A stretch of DNA of 64,000 nucleotides from the human T2T-CHM13v2.0 reference genome, Homo sapiens. The DNA lies in the NCBI RefSeq assembly GCF_009914755.1, contig NC_060928.1. One strand, given 5' to 3'. A program made the position numbers and the translations under genes. The notes below the pieces were generated by a model. The model saw only the letters and a list, made by a program, of their open reading frames with translations. It was not told where the DNA came from and ran no database searches. Below, in pieces: positions 16,641 through 30,199 of the stretch; position 1 is the first letter of the stretch; the number at the start of each line of letters is the position of its first letter.

Positions 16641-17079
16641 GCTAAAAGTTGCCACATTGCCTCTGTAGATACACACAGAGAGAGATTTAGACACATACCT
16701 CTTTTTAACCACTTTGAGATAATTCACATACCATAAAATTCACTATTTGAAATATTTAATTCATTGATTTTTAGTATATTCACACATATGTATAACCATC
16801 ACCATAGTCAATTGTACACATCTTATTCATGCTTTCTCCTATTACCAAGAGCAATGTCTGGTATGTAATACATGCTCACCAAATTTTTCTGAATAAGTGA
16901 ATCCATTAGTTGTTAAATAATGTAGGCATTAGCCTCTAGTAAAATATTAAGAAGGCTCATTTGACTGCATTCAGCTCTAGAACTATTCTTTTATTAGAAC
17001 TCTGCTATTTTGAGGGATCTCTGAAACAGCTAACAGCTTAACTCAGATATAGATACAGATATATATATATGGCTACAGA

Positions 17080-17665
17080 TTTTTTTTTTTAAATGGAGTC
17101 TTATTCTGTCACCCAGACTGGAGTGCAGTAGTGCTATCTTGGTTTACTGCAACCTCCGCCTCCTGGGCTCAAGTGATCCTCTCACCTTAGCCTCCTGAGT
17201 GGCTGGGACTACAGGCATGCACCACCGTGCCCAGCTAATTTTTGTATTTTTTTGTAGAGATGTCGTTTTGTCATGTTGCCCAGGCTGGTCTCGAACTCCT
17301 GGACTCAAGCAGTCTGCCCTCCTTGCCCTTCCAAAGTGCTGGGATTGGCCGGGCACCGTGGCTCACGCCTGTAATCCCAGCACTCTGGGAGACCAAGGCA
17401 GGCAGATCGAACGCCTGAGGTCAGGAGTTCGAGACAAGCCTGGCCAACATGGTGAAACCCCGTCTCTACTAAAAATTAGCCAGGTGTGGTGGCATGTGCC
17501 TGTAGTCCCAGCCACTAGGGAGGCTGAGGCAGGAGAATCTTGCAGTGAGCTGAGACTGCGCCACTGCACTCCAGCCTGGGTGGCAGAGTGAGACTCTGTC
17601 TCAAAAAGAAAAAAAAAAAAAACACCAAGTGCTGGGATTATAGGCGTGAGCCACCATACCTGTCC
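17080..17665 (-). mobile_element. AluJ-like host (minus strand) split near its 5' end by an opposite-strand Alu
   Basis: Poly-T 17080-17090, antisense body to 17346, remaining 5' end 17627-17665. Confidence 0.92.
17347..17622 (+). mobile_element. AluS-like insertion with a short right-arm deletion
   Basis: ggccgggcaccgtggctcacgcctgtaatcccagcac...A tail; 13-bp TSD aagtgctgggatt at 17334-17346 and 17627-17639. Confidence 0.93.
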
Positions 17666-17819
17666 TTAAACCATATTTTAGTAGTTATTTAAGGAAGTTA
17701 CAAAAAAAATTCCTTTTGATATAATGAGTGCAAATTATTTGCACATTTTTGAAAAGAGAATAGTCATCTTTTATTCACCTGATAATTGCTGAGAAGGGCA
17801 AACCTCCCATAAGTACTGC

Positions 17820-17925
17820 TTTTCTTTTTTTTTTTTTTTTTTTTTTTGAGACAGAGACCTCCTGCTCCACCCACCTCAGCATCCCAAAGTGCTGGGATTA
17901 CAGGCGTGAGCCACCGCGCCCAGCC
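17820..17925 (-). mobile_element. Alu retaining both termini but lacking ~200 bp of interior
   Basis: Poly-T + gagacagag joined via a short filler to tccacccacctcagcatcccaaagtgctgggattacaggcgtgagccaccgcgcccagcc. Confidence 0.88.
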
Positions 17926-18121
17926 TTCTATTTTCAAAAGTACTCTTGACATTGTTTGTATCGGTGACATAGATTATGGAATCTCTGGTACTTGTTTTAT
18001 TTACCAATTACGAATAATAGTGGATTGTTCGTGAAATTCCAGACATCTTTCCCTAGGTATCTTTGAGATGGAATGTCAGTTCTGAGCCCAGTTAATTCAT
18101 GTTGCCTCATTTTCTTTATAG

Positions 18122-18292
<171 letters not shown>

Positions 18293-19357
18293 TAGTTCCC
18301 TTCAAAATACCTTAGTGGGAGGAAAGCGGTGGCTCAGGGTCATTAAGCAAAATAAATTGCTTGCCCTGAGGTGTTTTAAATGACCATACTAAGAAATCTT
18401 GAAACAGGAAGTGCAGTACATGACATAGTCACTAAGTTAAATTGCACTTTACGTGGCTTCTATTATATCACAATTGTTTTTTACTTGCTCCTATTATTTC
18501 TCAAAATGTAGTCTTCAGAGGAATAGCATAATATAGTGAGAAGAACACTAGACTAGAAGTAGATTCTTCCACTGGGCTTCTTAATACAGCAGTTTCTAAC
18601 CAATCACACACTTCTCTAACTTTGCGTTCTTTACCCATCAAATGGAAATGATACTACTACCTTCCCTCCTGTTTCCTCATGGAGAGCATAGAAATAAAAT
18701 TAGGATATCATGAGTATAAAGGGCAAAGCAAACAGATTGTATCATTATCATCTTTTTGTCATTTTGGCAAGTTATCTCAGTCTAATTTTGTATTAAACAT
18801 TCTCTCACAGTAAAAGGGACCATCTGCCCTTACCTCTGAAGATAAACTCTTGACAAGAACAGCAAGACCTCTGTGAAAATATGAAAATGACTTTTATGTA
18901 TGGCAGATTAACATTTTTTCTCTCCTTACCAACTCTTTACTTATGCTATTTTTATTTACCAAATAAAATTCCATGAAATAATTCTGCAACTTTTCTAGCT
19001 GCATTTCTTAAGGAAAGGACCAACTATGTACCTCGACACAGAAATAGCATCTGTCACACCAATGATGTAGACTTTTAATGGGAGATTAATATTTTTTTAA
19101 GTACAAGGTTACAGATTATTTTTATTCTGAATTACTCAGTAGGCTAGGACTCCACATTCTGTTTTGCTTGCTATTGTTTTCATTCGTCTTATGTAAACAC
19201 CGAAGAGATTACCATATGACAGATCATTAGTGGTACTCCGAGAGTCTATTTGGAACTGAACTTAGTGTATCATGCAGTCATAGCTAATAACAACAACCAA
19301 AATAAATCCCAGATCTATTCATTGTTTTGCCCCAAGAACCATAGATATAGATATAGA

Positions 19358-19602
19358 CAGTCCCCAACTTATGACAGTTTGACTTAAGATTTTGGGGCTT
19401 TACAATGGTGCAAAAGTGGTACACACTCAGTACACTCCTCAACTTACAATACAGCTACATCTGGATAAATCCATCTTAAGTTGAAAATAACAAGTTGAAA
19501 ATATCGTAAGTCAAAAACATATATGCATTTTTGACTTAGACATATTCAACTGATGATGGGTTTACCAGGACATAGCCCCATCATAAGTTGAGGAGTATTT
19601 GT
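19358..19602. mobile_element. MER47/Tigger5-type TcMar DNA transposon fossil
   Basis: ctcctcaacttacaat...aagttgaaaatatcgtaagtc...catcataagttgaggagtatttgta, with inverted-repeat structure and a TA terminus. Confidence 0.75.
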
Positions 19603-20933
19603 ATTTGATTTTCCTCCTTTATATTTTTCAAGTCCACTGGAATAAAAAGCCATGTGGAAAGTAGCTTGAGAAGCAGTTGAAGTGCGCTCACCTTTAACTC
19701 CTCTGAAACAGTGATCTTTATGACCATCCATAAAGTTAAAATGAACATACAGTTATGGTTAACTGACTGCTCCAACATTTCTAGAATTCAGTTTTTGATT
19801 TGAGACGAGGGCTGGCATCTTGTATGATGATATGGCAATTTGCAGGAAACAGCAAGAGGAAGACGAAGAAACCATAAATCTCTCACTTGAGCCGAGTAAA
19901 CTAGAAGAGCAGTTAGCAAGATATAAATATGCCTTTCTCACTTTGAAGTAATTCATGGTAGTAACATCGAAGTGCAAAACAAAAATAAAACCCAGTGAGA
20001 TTCTATCTGGCTAAAAGGAAAAAAACCTCATTTGGTGCCAGCAATTATTGTACTGGCTTGCTAATTCTTATGTAGTGCACTTCTTATTTAATCTAACATG
20101 TAAGCACATTTATGATTAATTTTTATATGAGATCTTCTGAAAATCGTCACAGGAAAAGTAGCAGAAAATTCTATCTTTCCTCAAATTATATTTTTGTGTT
20201 CCATAATGCTTGGATTGGGGAGGGCATCCCATTGTGGTCCTATTTATAATTAGTATATTATTACAACTTCATAGAAATTTTGCTAACAGCTACATCTTAG
20301 TAGTTCTGTGGTTTCTAATTTAGATGAGGCAGGTTTGTTCCCTGTTGAGGGTTTTTGTTTTGTTTTGTTTTGGTCTGAATAGGTAGGCAGTTCACACAGT
20401 TGTTTTAGGAAAATTATTATTTCTTTAAAAGTCTTAAAGTTAATAAACAGGAGATTTAGGAGACTTTAATTAATGCTTAAGATAAAAGGTTTCATTTCTC
20501 TCTCTCTGTTTCTCTGTCTTCACACAGAACCTTCTACATGGTGTGTGTTTAACAAGCACTTGATAAACTGTGGGGAAAAAAGATTTTTAAATTAGATTTA
20601 GGAAAAATAGACTTCAGTTCTCATTTGTTACAAGAGGAGCCCTCTAACTCCCTGCTGTAGACACAGCCATTTTCTCAGAGTTGGAGTGTCTCTTTGGCCA
20701 CTTTGGGTATAAAAATGAAACTACTATCAATTTATTGTCCTCACAAGAGAATAGTATATTATATTCAAGATTATATAAAATTAATTTTATTTAAGTGTAT
20801 ACTATTAGCTATATGAACAAGAATTTGGGCAGGAAAGCCAGAGACGAGGAATTTCCTGGCACTCTAATTGTTTTTTAGAAACAAAATGTTGAAGTGTAGT
20901 GAGCATTTTTTATTTTTAGTGAAAAAGTTGTAG

Positions 20934-21282
<349 letters not shown>

Positions 21283-22054
21283 TAATGGCAGGGATGAGAA
21301 GAGGTTACTTTAAAAAATTATTTTCTTTTCACTTGGTTATTTATTTTGCCCAATCAGCATTGTTCTATGAAAGCTTAGACCAGCTCAGTGTTTGAAATAG
21401 CTCCTTCTGGTCAAAGTTACTCCATTTTTCCTTCGTGGAGAGGGTATACAGAGAATTGAAACACTTTTGTAAGCCTCAGGAGGCTCTCAAGAGGAAGTCT
21501 GTCACCAGCTGGAAGGGGAATACAGCCGTTAGGGAGCAGCCTCTGAGGGGAGACTGAAGCAGGTTGCGTCTTTTAGCCATCTCTGCCACCTGCCACTCAT
21601 TGTCCCTGTGGCTATGGCCCTCATTGTCCTGGCTTCTTGACTGTAGCTGTCAGTTAATGAAAAAACATGTGCCATTTAAAAGCAGAAGGGAATTTCTCTC
21701 AGGAGGAAGTAAGTCTTTTTGGTTATCACTATTGTTTTCTTTTGCTCTGATTTTTGTTTTTTAAGTTATTTGTAGCAATTCCACCTCATTTATTCATTTA
21801 TCTTTTATCAAATTATCCTGGTTACTTTTGGAAGAGTTTTATCTGTAACAGAAAATCAACTGTCACAAATATATTTACAAAAAAAAGCAATAACTGGGCT
21901 CATTACCCCATATGCCCTATGCTTGGGAACACAGGTGATGAGTAAGATGCATAATTTCTTCTGTGTATCAGAATTTGCTGACATAGGCCAAAGACTGATA
22001 TCTGTAAAATTGGGGTTGAATTTTTATTTGAATTTGGATATTATCCTCCTTTCA

Positions 22055-22245
22055 GTGAATCCCTTGGGATCACCAATTTGTGAGGGAGTCAGGCCCTTCT
22101 TGGCCAGTTTGTAAATCTCCTCCCTTACATCTTCAGAGGCCAGCTTCAGCCAAGTGGGGACACTGCAGTGACAGGGAGGAGCCGATTGGGACAGGCCCTT
22201 CCTGGGAGCAGGCATGCAACTCATGATGTGGCAGTCAGGAGCAAA
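22055..22245 (-). pseudogene. RPS13: Processed pseudogene fragment of ribosomal protein S13 (5'UTR plus first ~56 codons)
   Basis: [51 protein letters not shown] vs RPS13 [51 protein letters not shown]. Intronless, frameshifted after IG; nucleotide similarity ends at ...gggattcac. Confidence 0.93.
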
Positions 22246-22963
22246 AAAAACACCTCCTTTTCTTTAAAATGTAAAAATTTGCTTACTATAGTGGTTTTTT
22301 TATTGCAATCTTATGAATGTAGCTCTAGAAGATCTTTTTAAAGCAATTCATTAGAGTTAAATACATTTCACACTGAGTTTTCAAAAAGCTTTAACTTCAT
22401 GTAAACTTAGTCTGTTTGTTTTATTTTTAAATGATCTGTCATGCCCTGAATTCTGTTTTGTAGTCTATGCCTTCCTGGGTCTAATAATAGCACAAGATCT
22501 TCATGCCAGCTTGACATTTAAAAAATCACCTTCTAGTTTGCCTCATTAATTCAAGAAGGGTCCTATTCACTATGCTTGAGCTATTATAGCTAATAAAAGG
22601 AGAGCCTTAAATTACTTTTCTGTCTCACTGATTAACGTTTTTTCTGACATCTCTTTTTCTCCCACACAGTGAAAACAGAAGGAGCAATTATAGCCACTTA
22701 AAATGTCTGTACTCTTCTTATGTGAAATCTCTTGTGATAGTATTCCCCAAACTAAAATATCAGTCATTGTATTAGAATCTGGCATAGATTGTTCATCTGA
22801 CCAGTCAAACAACACATGTGAGATAGGAATAAGGATTCTAAGGAAGGACCATTTGACCTGGTCTTAAGCGCTCTACTTATTATTGTTAGAAAGCAGCTAG
22901 CAGCAGTGTACTTGTCTCCAAAGTGAAGCAGAGCAGCACAGTACTTAGCACTCTCCTACAGAC

Positions 22964-23265
22964 CAGGGGTCCCCAACCTCCTGGCCACGGACCAGCACCA
23001 GTACTGCATAGCATGAGTGAGTGGCAGACAAGTGAGCATTACTGCCTGAGTTCTGCCTCCTGTTAGATCAGCAGTGGCATTAGACTCTCATAGGAGCACG
23101 AACCCTATTGTGAACTATGCGTGCGAGGGATCTAGGTTGTGTGCTCCCTATGAGAATCTAACGCCTGAGAACAGTTTCATTCCGAAACCATCCCCCCACC
23201 CCATTTGTGGAAAAATTGTCTTCCACAAAACCAGTCCCTGGTCCCAAAAATGTTGGGGACTGCTG
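22964..23265. mobile_element. MER1 (hAT-Charlie) non-autonomous DNA transposon
   Basis: TIRs caggggtccccaac / gttggggactgctg; internal gcattagactctcataggagcacgaaccctattgtgaact; 8-bp TSD ctacagac / ctatggac. Confidence 0.9.
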
Positions 23266-23434
23266 CTATGGACTGTCTGCAACCTACTTTTCCTGCCTAA
23301 TCAGAAACTGCCCTATGAAAACATGCTGCTATCACCAAGTAGTCTACTATATTTGAGATCTTCTTTGCTATCTCTCTATTCTTCCTTGTGTCTTTACACT
23401 AAAATTCTGTATCTGTGCCCCAGAATTTCAAAAT

Positions 23435-23746
23435 ACTCAGTGCTCTGTATCTGCAAGTTCCATCTGCAAATTCAACCAACTGGGAATAGAAAATATCAGA
23501 AAAAAGCAACAAAAAATAACAATACAACAACAAAAAGTACAAATTTGAAAATATAGCATGACAACTATATAGCATTTACATTATGTCAGTTGTCATAAGT
23601 AATCTAGAGATGATGTATACAAGAGGATGTGCACAGGTTATATGCAAATACTATGCCATTTTATATAAGGGACTTCAGCATCCTTGGATTTTGGTATCTA
23701 AGGGGCTCCTGGAACCAATTGCCCTTGGATACCAAGGGACAACTAT
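23435..23746. mobile_element. MER2/Tigger-type DNA transposon fossil
   Basis: ggttatatgcaaatactatgccattttatataagggactt...ggaaccaattgcccttggataccaagggacaactata. Confidence 0.85.
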
Positions 23747-23895
23747 ATTCTTTCCTTACACGACCTACTGAAATAACTACTTTGTCATTAAACCATAATG
23801 ACCACCCCACCAATAAATAGCCTATTCTTTTGTACTCTTTTACACTTATTTTTGTTTTCCTTGTTTAGCTGTTACCATATTTTGTAGTTATTTTA

Positions 23896-24181
23896 TTTTT
23901 TTAGAGACAGGGTCTCATTCTATTGCCCAGGCTGGAGTGCAGTGTCATGATCATACCTTACTGCAACTTTGAACTCCTGGGCTCAAGTGGTCCTCCTGCC
24001 CAAGCCTCCTGAGTAGCTCAGAATAGAGGTGCATGCCACTGTGCCCAGCTAATTTTTTTAAAAAAATTTGTAGACATTGTCATGTTGCCCAGCCTGGTCT
24101 TAAACTCCTGGCCTCAAGCAATCCTCCTATCTCAGCCTCCTAAAGTGTTGGGATTACAGGCCTGAGCCACTGTGTCTGGCC
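23896..24181 (-). mobile_element. AluJ-like
   Basis: Antisense dimer; TSD tgtagttatttta at 23883-23895 and 24184-24196. Confidence 0.93.
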
Positions 24182-25682
24182 TCTGTAGTTATTTTAATAT
24201 GAGCAGCTGCCTCATCTCCCCAAACACAGATTCTCTAGGGCAGAGATCAGTTCTTGTACTTCTTAAAGTCTGGCAAAACAGCTGTCTCACACACACTCGG
24301 TGGGCATTAATATTAGATGGGTGGTACATTTATGTATTGATTCTAAGTCATTTTACCAACCAAAAATGTCAGTTTTAACATTTGCTGAAGTGGCACTTTC
24401 TAGTTTTAATCATATTTTCATATACATTATCTATTTGAGTACCCTAACTCTATGAGAGCAGTGCTGTAGCGAAAGAACTAAAGTCAAGCAAAAGAAATTG
24501 GCTTGTCTGAGATCCCACAGCAAATAAGTGACAAACCTGGGACCAGAAACCAGGTCTCTCAGTTCCACTTGAAGGACTCCACGATCTCCTAATGCCTCTG
24601 TGTCAACACAACGTTCTTTGAAACTTTCATAGTTCCCTTTGACGTCTCTGAATATTTGATAAAAGTTTGTCAATTCCTGTGAATAGTGACTTAGCAAACT
24701 AAACAGCAGTTATGAAACATCTGTACCATTTTTATACCTTTTTCTCTTACAGTAATTGTCTTTACCTACCTTGTTTTCATCTTCTCCAAAAAAGTATAAG
24801 CTACCTAAAGTTAGGAACCTTGTTTTTATCAATTAATTTCTTTTATTTCCTAGGTATTGTGAATAATGTTTGCAATTTAGAATGAAAAGTATAAACAACG
24901 AAGTTTTATATAATGTATTTATGTGGCATGATCTACTGATGTGCAGAATGCTATAGGAGAAAGGAGGAGGAGTAACTCACACTACCTGGGATTAAATGAG
25001 ATAGATGATACCCAGAAGAATTTTTTTCTGAGTTTTGATGGGCAGATGGAAAGGCAGAGATGAATGAAAGAACATGGTGTGGTCTAAAATCAGTTAAAGT
25101 TTGAATATGATTGGCAGAAAGAGTCTTCATGTAGAAGTAGTAGGGGATGAAGCAGAAAAAGTAGGTCAGACTTAAATATGAAGGAACTTGAATATCATCC
25201 GAACTTGCTTTTCTCCTTTCAGCAATGGAAAACCATTGAAAAATGTGATCACTGTTGTGGTCAGATTTGTATTATTGAAAGATTTGTGGCATTTGTGTCC
25301 AAAGCCACCACTAGCTAGCCTTCCAAGCACCATTACACGAATTAGAAAAAGGTGTTCCTTCACCCCACTTGGTGACAGCTTTTTGTTACAGCAAAAAGCT
25401 TGTCAGAGCATGAGCAACATTTCAGCCCCTATTTGCCCCCCTTGGCTGGGCACCCTTTTGTAGATACAAGCTTTACATCTGTACAAGGTGTCTTATTTTT
25501 GTCTTCTCCACCTTTATCTCCCTCACAATGCCTAGCATAGCACCTTATATAGAGTTATTGTCATTAAATAAACAAATGGAGACTTTACATCTCAAATATA
25601 TAAACTACTTTCTGTAACTTTAACATTTACCTCATGAGCCCTTGGATAAAAATAAATTGGGACTATTAAAGATGTCTTTTGT

Positions 25683-26485
25683 AGAAGATACAGAAATGGC
25701 CAACAAACATGAAAAAATAGCATCACTAATGATCAGGAAAATGCAAATCAAAACCACAGTGCAATACCACTTTATTCCTATAAGAATAGCCATAATCAAA
25801 AAATCAAAAAATAATAGATGTTGGCGTGGATGTGCTAAAAAGGGGACATCGTTACACTGCTGGTGGGAATGTAAACTAGTACAATCACTATGGAAAACAG
25901 TGTAGAGATTCCTTAAAGAACTAAAAGTAGAACTACCATTTGATCCAGCAATCCCACTGCTAGTATCTACCCAGAGGAAATAAGTCATTATATGAAAAAG
26001 ATACTTACACATGCATGTTTATAGCAGCACAATTCACAATTACAAAAATATGGAACCAGCCCAAATGCCCATCAATCAACAAGTGGATACAGAAATTGTG
26101 GCATATATATACACCATGGAATACTACTTAGCCATAAAAAGGAACGAAATAATGGCATTCGCAGCAACCTGGATGGAATTGGCAACCATTATTCTAAGTG
26201 AAGTAACTCAGAAACAGAAACCCAAACATCTTATGTTCTTACTCATAAGTGGGAGCAAAGCTATGAGTATGCAAAGGCATAAGAATGATACAGTGGACTC
26301 TGGGGACTTGGGGGAAAGGGTGTGAGGGGAGTGAGGGATAAAAGACTACACATTGGGTACAGTGTACACTGCTTGGGTGATGAGTGCACCAAAATCTCAG
26401 AAATCACCACTAAAGAACTTATCTATGTAACCAAACACCATGTGTTCCCCAAAAACCTATTGAAATAAAAAATGAAAATAATAAT
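25683..26485 (+). mobile_element. 5'-truncated L1PB-type 3' end
   Basis: ORF2 end ([18 protein letters not shown]), 3'UTR aaaatctcagaaatcaccactaaagaactt, A-rich tail; TSD core gtcttttgt on both sides. Confidence 0.92.
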
Positions 26486-28782
26486 AAAAGGTCTTTTGTG
26501 CAAACTTTAACCTGCCATGAGGTACAGCACTTGTTGTAAATTGCTAGAATATTAAAAGTAAGGTGGATTATATCCTCTGAGCCATATTATGTAACTTTGA
26601 ATATAAACTCTAAGGACAAAAGCACAACCTCTGCACCTGTTTAGTGGCTAAAATATGGCTCTCTGTTGTAAATGAATTATGAAGGGATCTTTCAGAGCAA
26701 AAATCAGCATGTGCTAAAAGTAGATATTTAGGACTGTAACTTTTGAGCTAGTCCTGTACCACTCCCCTTTTCCCTTCTTCAGCATTTTATGATCTACATG
26801 CTAAGTGAAGAAATTTGGTAAAAGCCAAGACCCATCATGGCCACCTAGAACAATATGAGTTTAGCCAAATCATTTATCATTTGTAGAACTCACTTTCATC
26901 TTGTAATAAGGGGATAGGAAGATGGTCTTTTTATAATCCTTTCAAGTGTTAAAAATCTGTGTGGTTATATACCTGTCATAAATTAAATTAATTGTATAAG
27001 GAATCCCTTAGGGATTGGACCTCCAGGGATATGTAGTATGGTTATGCTTCTCTTACAGTCTGTCCAGAAAGCTGGGATCTTGGGATCTTAGTCAATGCCT
27101 CTAAATATTTTCTTCTGTGGCCAAAAGATATTAATTATGGCACCAGAAGAATGGGGACCTTAAATGACTCTGACAGTGCACAGAACTTGGATTTTAATAA
27201 AATTCTCCTTAGCAAACTTTAACAGTTTTCCACTAAGTAGAAAAGAAAATTTTACATGCTCAGAGAGTTGAAGGCCTAGTGATTTTTTTACCCTGAGATC
27301 TTTGGTTGTTATGCTTTTCAACTTCCTTAAGAACAGCTAATCAAGTTCACTATCTATGATTTTGGGGATACTTGGATAAAAAGCGTTATAGAATGGAAAT
27401 ATACAGCAGCCGACTTTTTCCTTAAACTCTTTGTTGGGAAAATAAATGAAGGTTGCAAAATTATAATATTGTTCATTTTAACTTAACAATTTTTAAAACT
27501 TCAATGTATGGAGATACAATGTACTTACAGTGTATGGAGATTCTCTGTATTTCCAAACTTCACCTTCTGCTTAAATTGGCAACAAAAGTACATTCAGCTT
27601 ACCTGAAGGCTATTTTAGATAGGATGTTTACACCAAAGCTAATCATACTCCAGAACACCTTGTGCTGCCATACCTGTATTGCTAACTCTATGCCAGGTAT
27701 TTAAAAGTGCTGTGAGTTTACAAGAAGTATTAGTCAGAAAGGAAATGGATATGAATGAGAGGCTGGTTAGCAACAAACTTAATAGAACTTTTTACACCCA
27801 AACATGGAAGCCTTTTTATAGGGAAGAAGTATATCCAGTGAACAAGTTAGTCAGGACCTACCAGATAATCTAGTCCCCAAGGCTGATATCCAGAGTAAAT
27901 CTGTATCTGTGGAGAATTACTCAAGCCAATGATAATGCCGATTTGAGCATTTTAACATTCCACCTTATTTCTCTTCTTCCAAATTCTCAGTCTCTCTATT
28001 TCCTCATTCTTTTTCTCCAATATTTTATATAAACCATTTAATCTGTGCTTCCTCATCTTCAGAAGAGTGATAAAATGGAGGTGGGGGTTAGGTTCTGTTA
28101 ACCTGAGAGGAGCTTATGATGTTAAAAAAGAGATGTGCAAAGCATGCTGTTAACTCTGTAGCATAGATTCTGATAGTGACAGTTATTTTTGTTTGGTTAT
28201 TTGAAGTGATGGAAGGCTGATTTCTAATAACAACCTAATCTGTATATGAAAAGATACACATGTAAAAGCTGTTTCTCCTTTTAGGAACTCTTTTTACTAT
28301 ATGAAATTGAATTATGGTTAAGTACCCTGGGTTATGGAATGAGAAAGCTGTGAACCCAAATGCCAAGTCTTCCATTTCCTAGCTATGTGACCTTTTTATT
28401 CATATGTAAATAAGGATAAGAGAGGTCCTTAACTTCACAGTTGTCCAGATTAGATGACATAATTTATATAAGGTGCTTATCCTAGTAAGCATATAACAAG
28501 TGCTCAGTAAATAAATTTTGTTATAATCAGCAAATTTAATTTGATATCTAGTTTAAAAAATCTACAATTTGCCTAATTTTTTCACATTGTGTTGCCATAG
28601 ATTTTATGAATACTCATAATAAATGTTTCATGTATATGTCTTGTTTTTAGTTTTAATGGTGTGTTCTTTAAACTATATTTCATAGTTTACATGCAGCATT
28701 TATTTCATCTGATTTATATTTATAAACATCTGTAATCCTATTTTTATTTTTTCCTTGTTAAAGATGTATACTATTTTTTACT

Positions 28783-28838
28783 TTTCAAATGTGTAAAGCT
28801 AATGTTTTACACTTTCAAATGTGTAAAGCTAATGTTTT
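28783..28838. repeat. Tandem duplication, period 30 bp
   Basis: tttcaaatgtgtaaagctaatgtttt at 28783-28808 and 28813-28838. Confidence 0.9.
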
Positions 28839-30199
28839 TTTATAAACTCCCTGTGTAATATCCCTATTTCGGCATATTCTTTAGTTAATTGCTACTTTCT
28901 CACCTATAGCTTATTCCTAACTTTTTTTACATGTCTTGTTAATTAAAAAGAAAAAAATAGTAACCCAACTTTAGAAAGTTGAGGGTTTCTGTGTCCACTA
29001 GAATAATTGTTTAGGAAATAAGCATACCTCATTATTTTGCTCTTTCTTTGAAGTTAGGATTGGACCCCAGTGTTTAGGTAATAAGGCTGAGAAGTCTAAT
29101 GCTGAGGACAGTAGCACCACATATCTGTTATTCAGTGTATGAAAGACACAATTGACATGTTCTCGTTCTTCATCCCCAAATGACCATAATTCTGAGAAGA
29201 GTTCTGAAAGAAGTCATTCTATTAGAATGTTATTAAACTTTATAAAATGGTTGTTCAGAGCTGCAATGCAGTGGTTACCTTGTTCTTAAGGAAACCCTCC
29301 ACTAGTTTTTGGAAACTGAAGAACAGAATTTAACCATGCCTTAGACTGACTAGAAAGAAAAGTAGAAAGAATTTAGATTCATAGGGTTTTCTCTTTTTAT
29401 TTTATTTGTGTTTCAAATTTCCAAAGATTATTTCTGATGTTCTTTAATAATAGCTCACTCCCTATTTACTATTAAATTCTGGAAAATGGGTTTTGCTTTT
29501 ATATTTATAGCAAAGTTTCCCTGTTTAGGAGCAAAAGAACTTTAGGTATAGTAAACATGCTACTTTACCATTGTGGAAGTTCCACATCATAAATTAGATA
29601 TTTTCCCTTTTCCTTCAAAATGAAGTCACACTACTTTTGGCACTTGGACAGGACAATCTTTCAGTGACAGCAAAATTAGCCTTTTGGCATATTTTTATTC
29701 ACTTTGAAAGAATCCTTAAGGAGCGGTTTTATGATTGAAAGCAAGAATTGTATTTACTTTGCCTAGGGTAAATTTCTTGCCTGAATATGTAAAAGAACGT
29801 AAGTCAAACACTGTTAGATAAAAACAAATTAGTATCAAAAGATTTCATTATAATAACTTGTCTATATTTTATGACATAAAATAGTATATAACTAAGTTCT
29901 GTATTATTTTGAACTTTTATTTCTGCTACTACAGTAGTGATACATCTTGAGGAACTCCAAGGGGCCTAAACATAAGTTTACACAGGTATTTGAAGAATCA
30001 GTTGACTCACTATCTGAACTGAGTATGTCTGTAAAGCTATGTTTAAATATATCCCTATATTTAAACTGATCATGGCTTATAAGCTAATCACCCATGAAGA
30101 GTGTATGTTGTCTTTCTTAATGCCAGTATGTTAGACAATCAATATATAATTTATGTTTATATTAATAGACACACACAGTTTCCAATTGGTATTTCGATG

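Noticed and set aside
23074-23556. 160-aa ORF
   Set aside because: Runs across MER1 and MER2 fossils with no protein-family motif.
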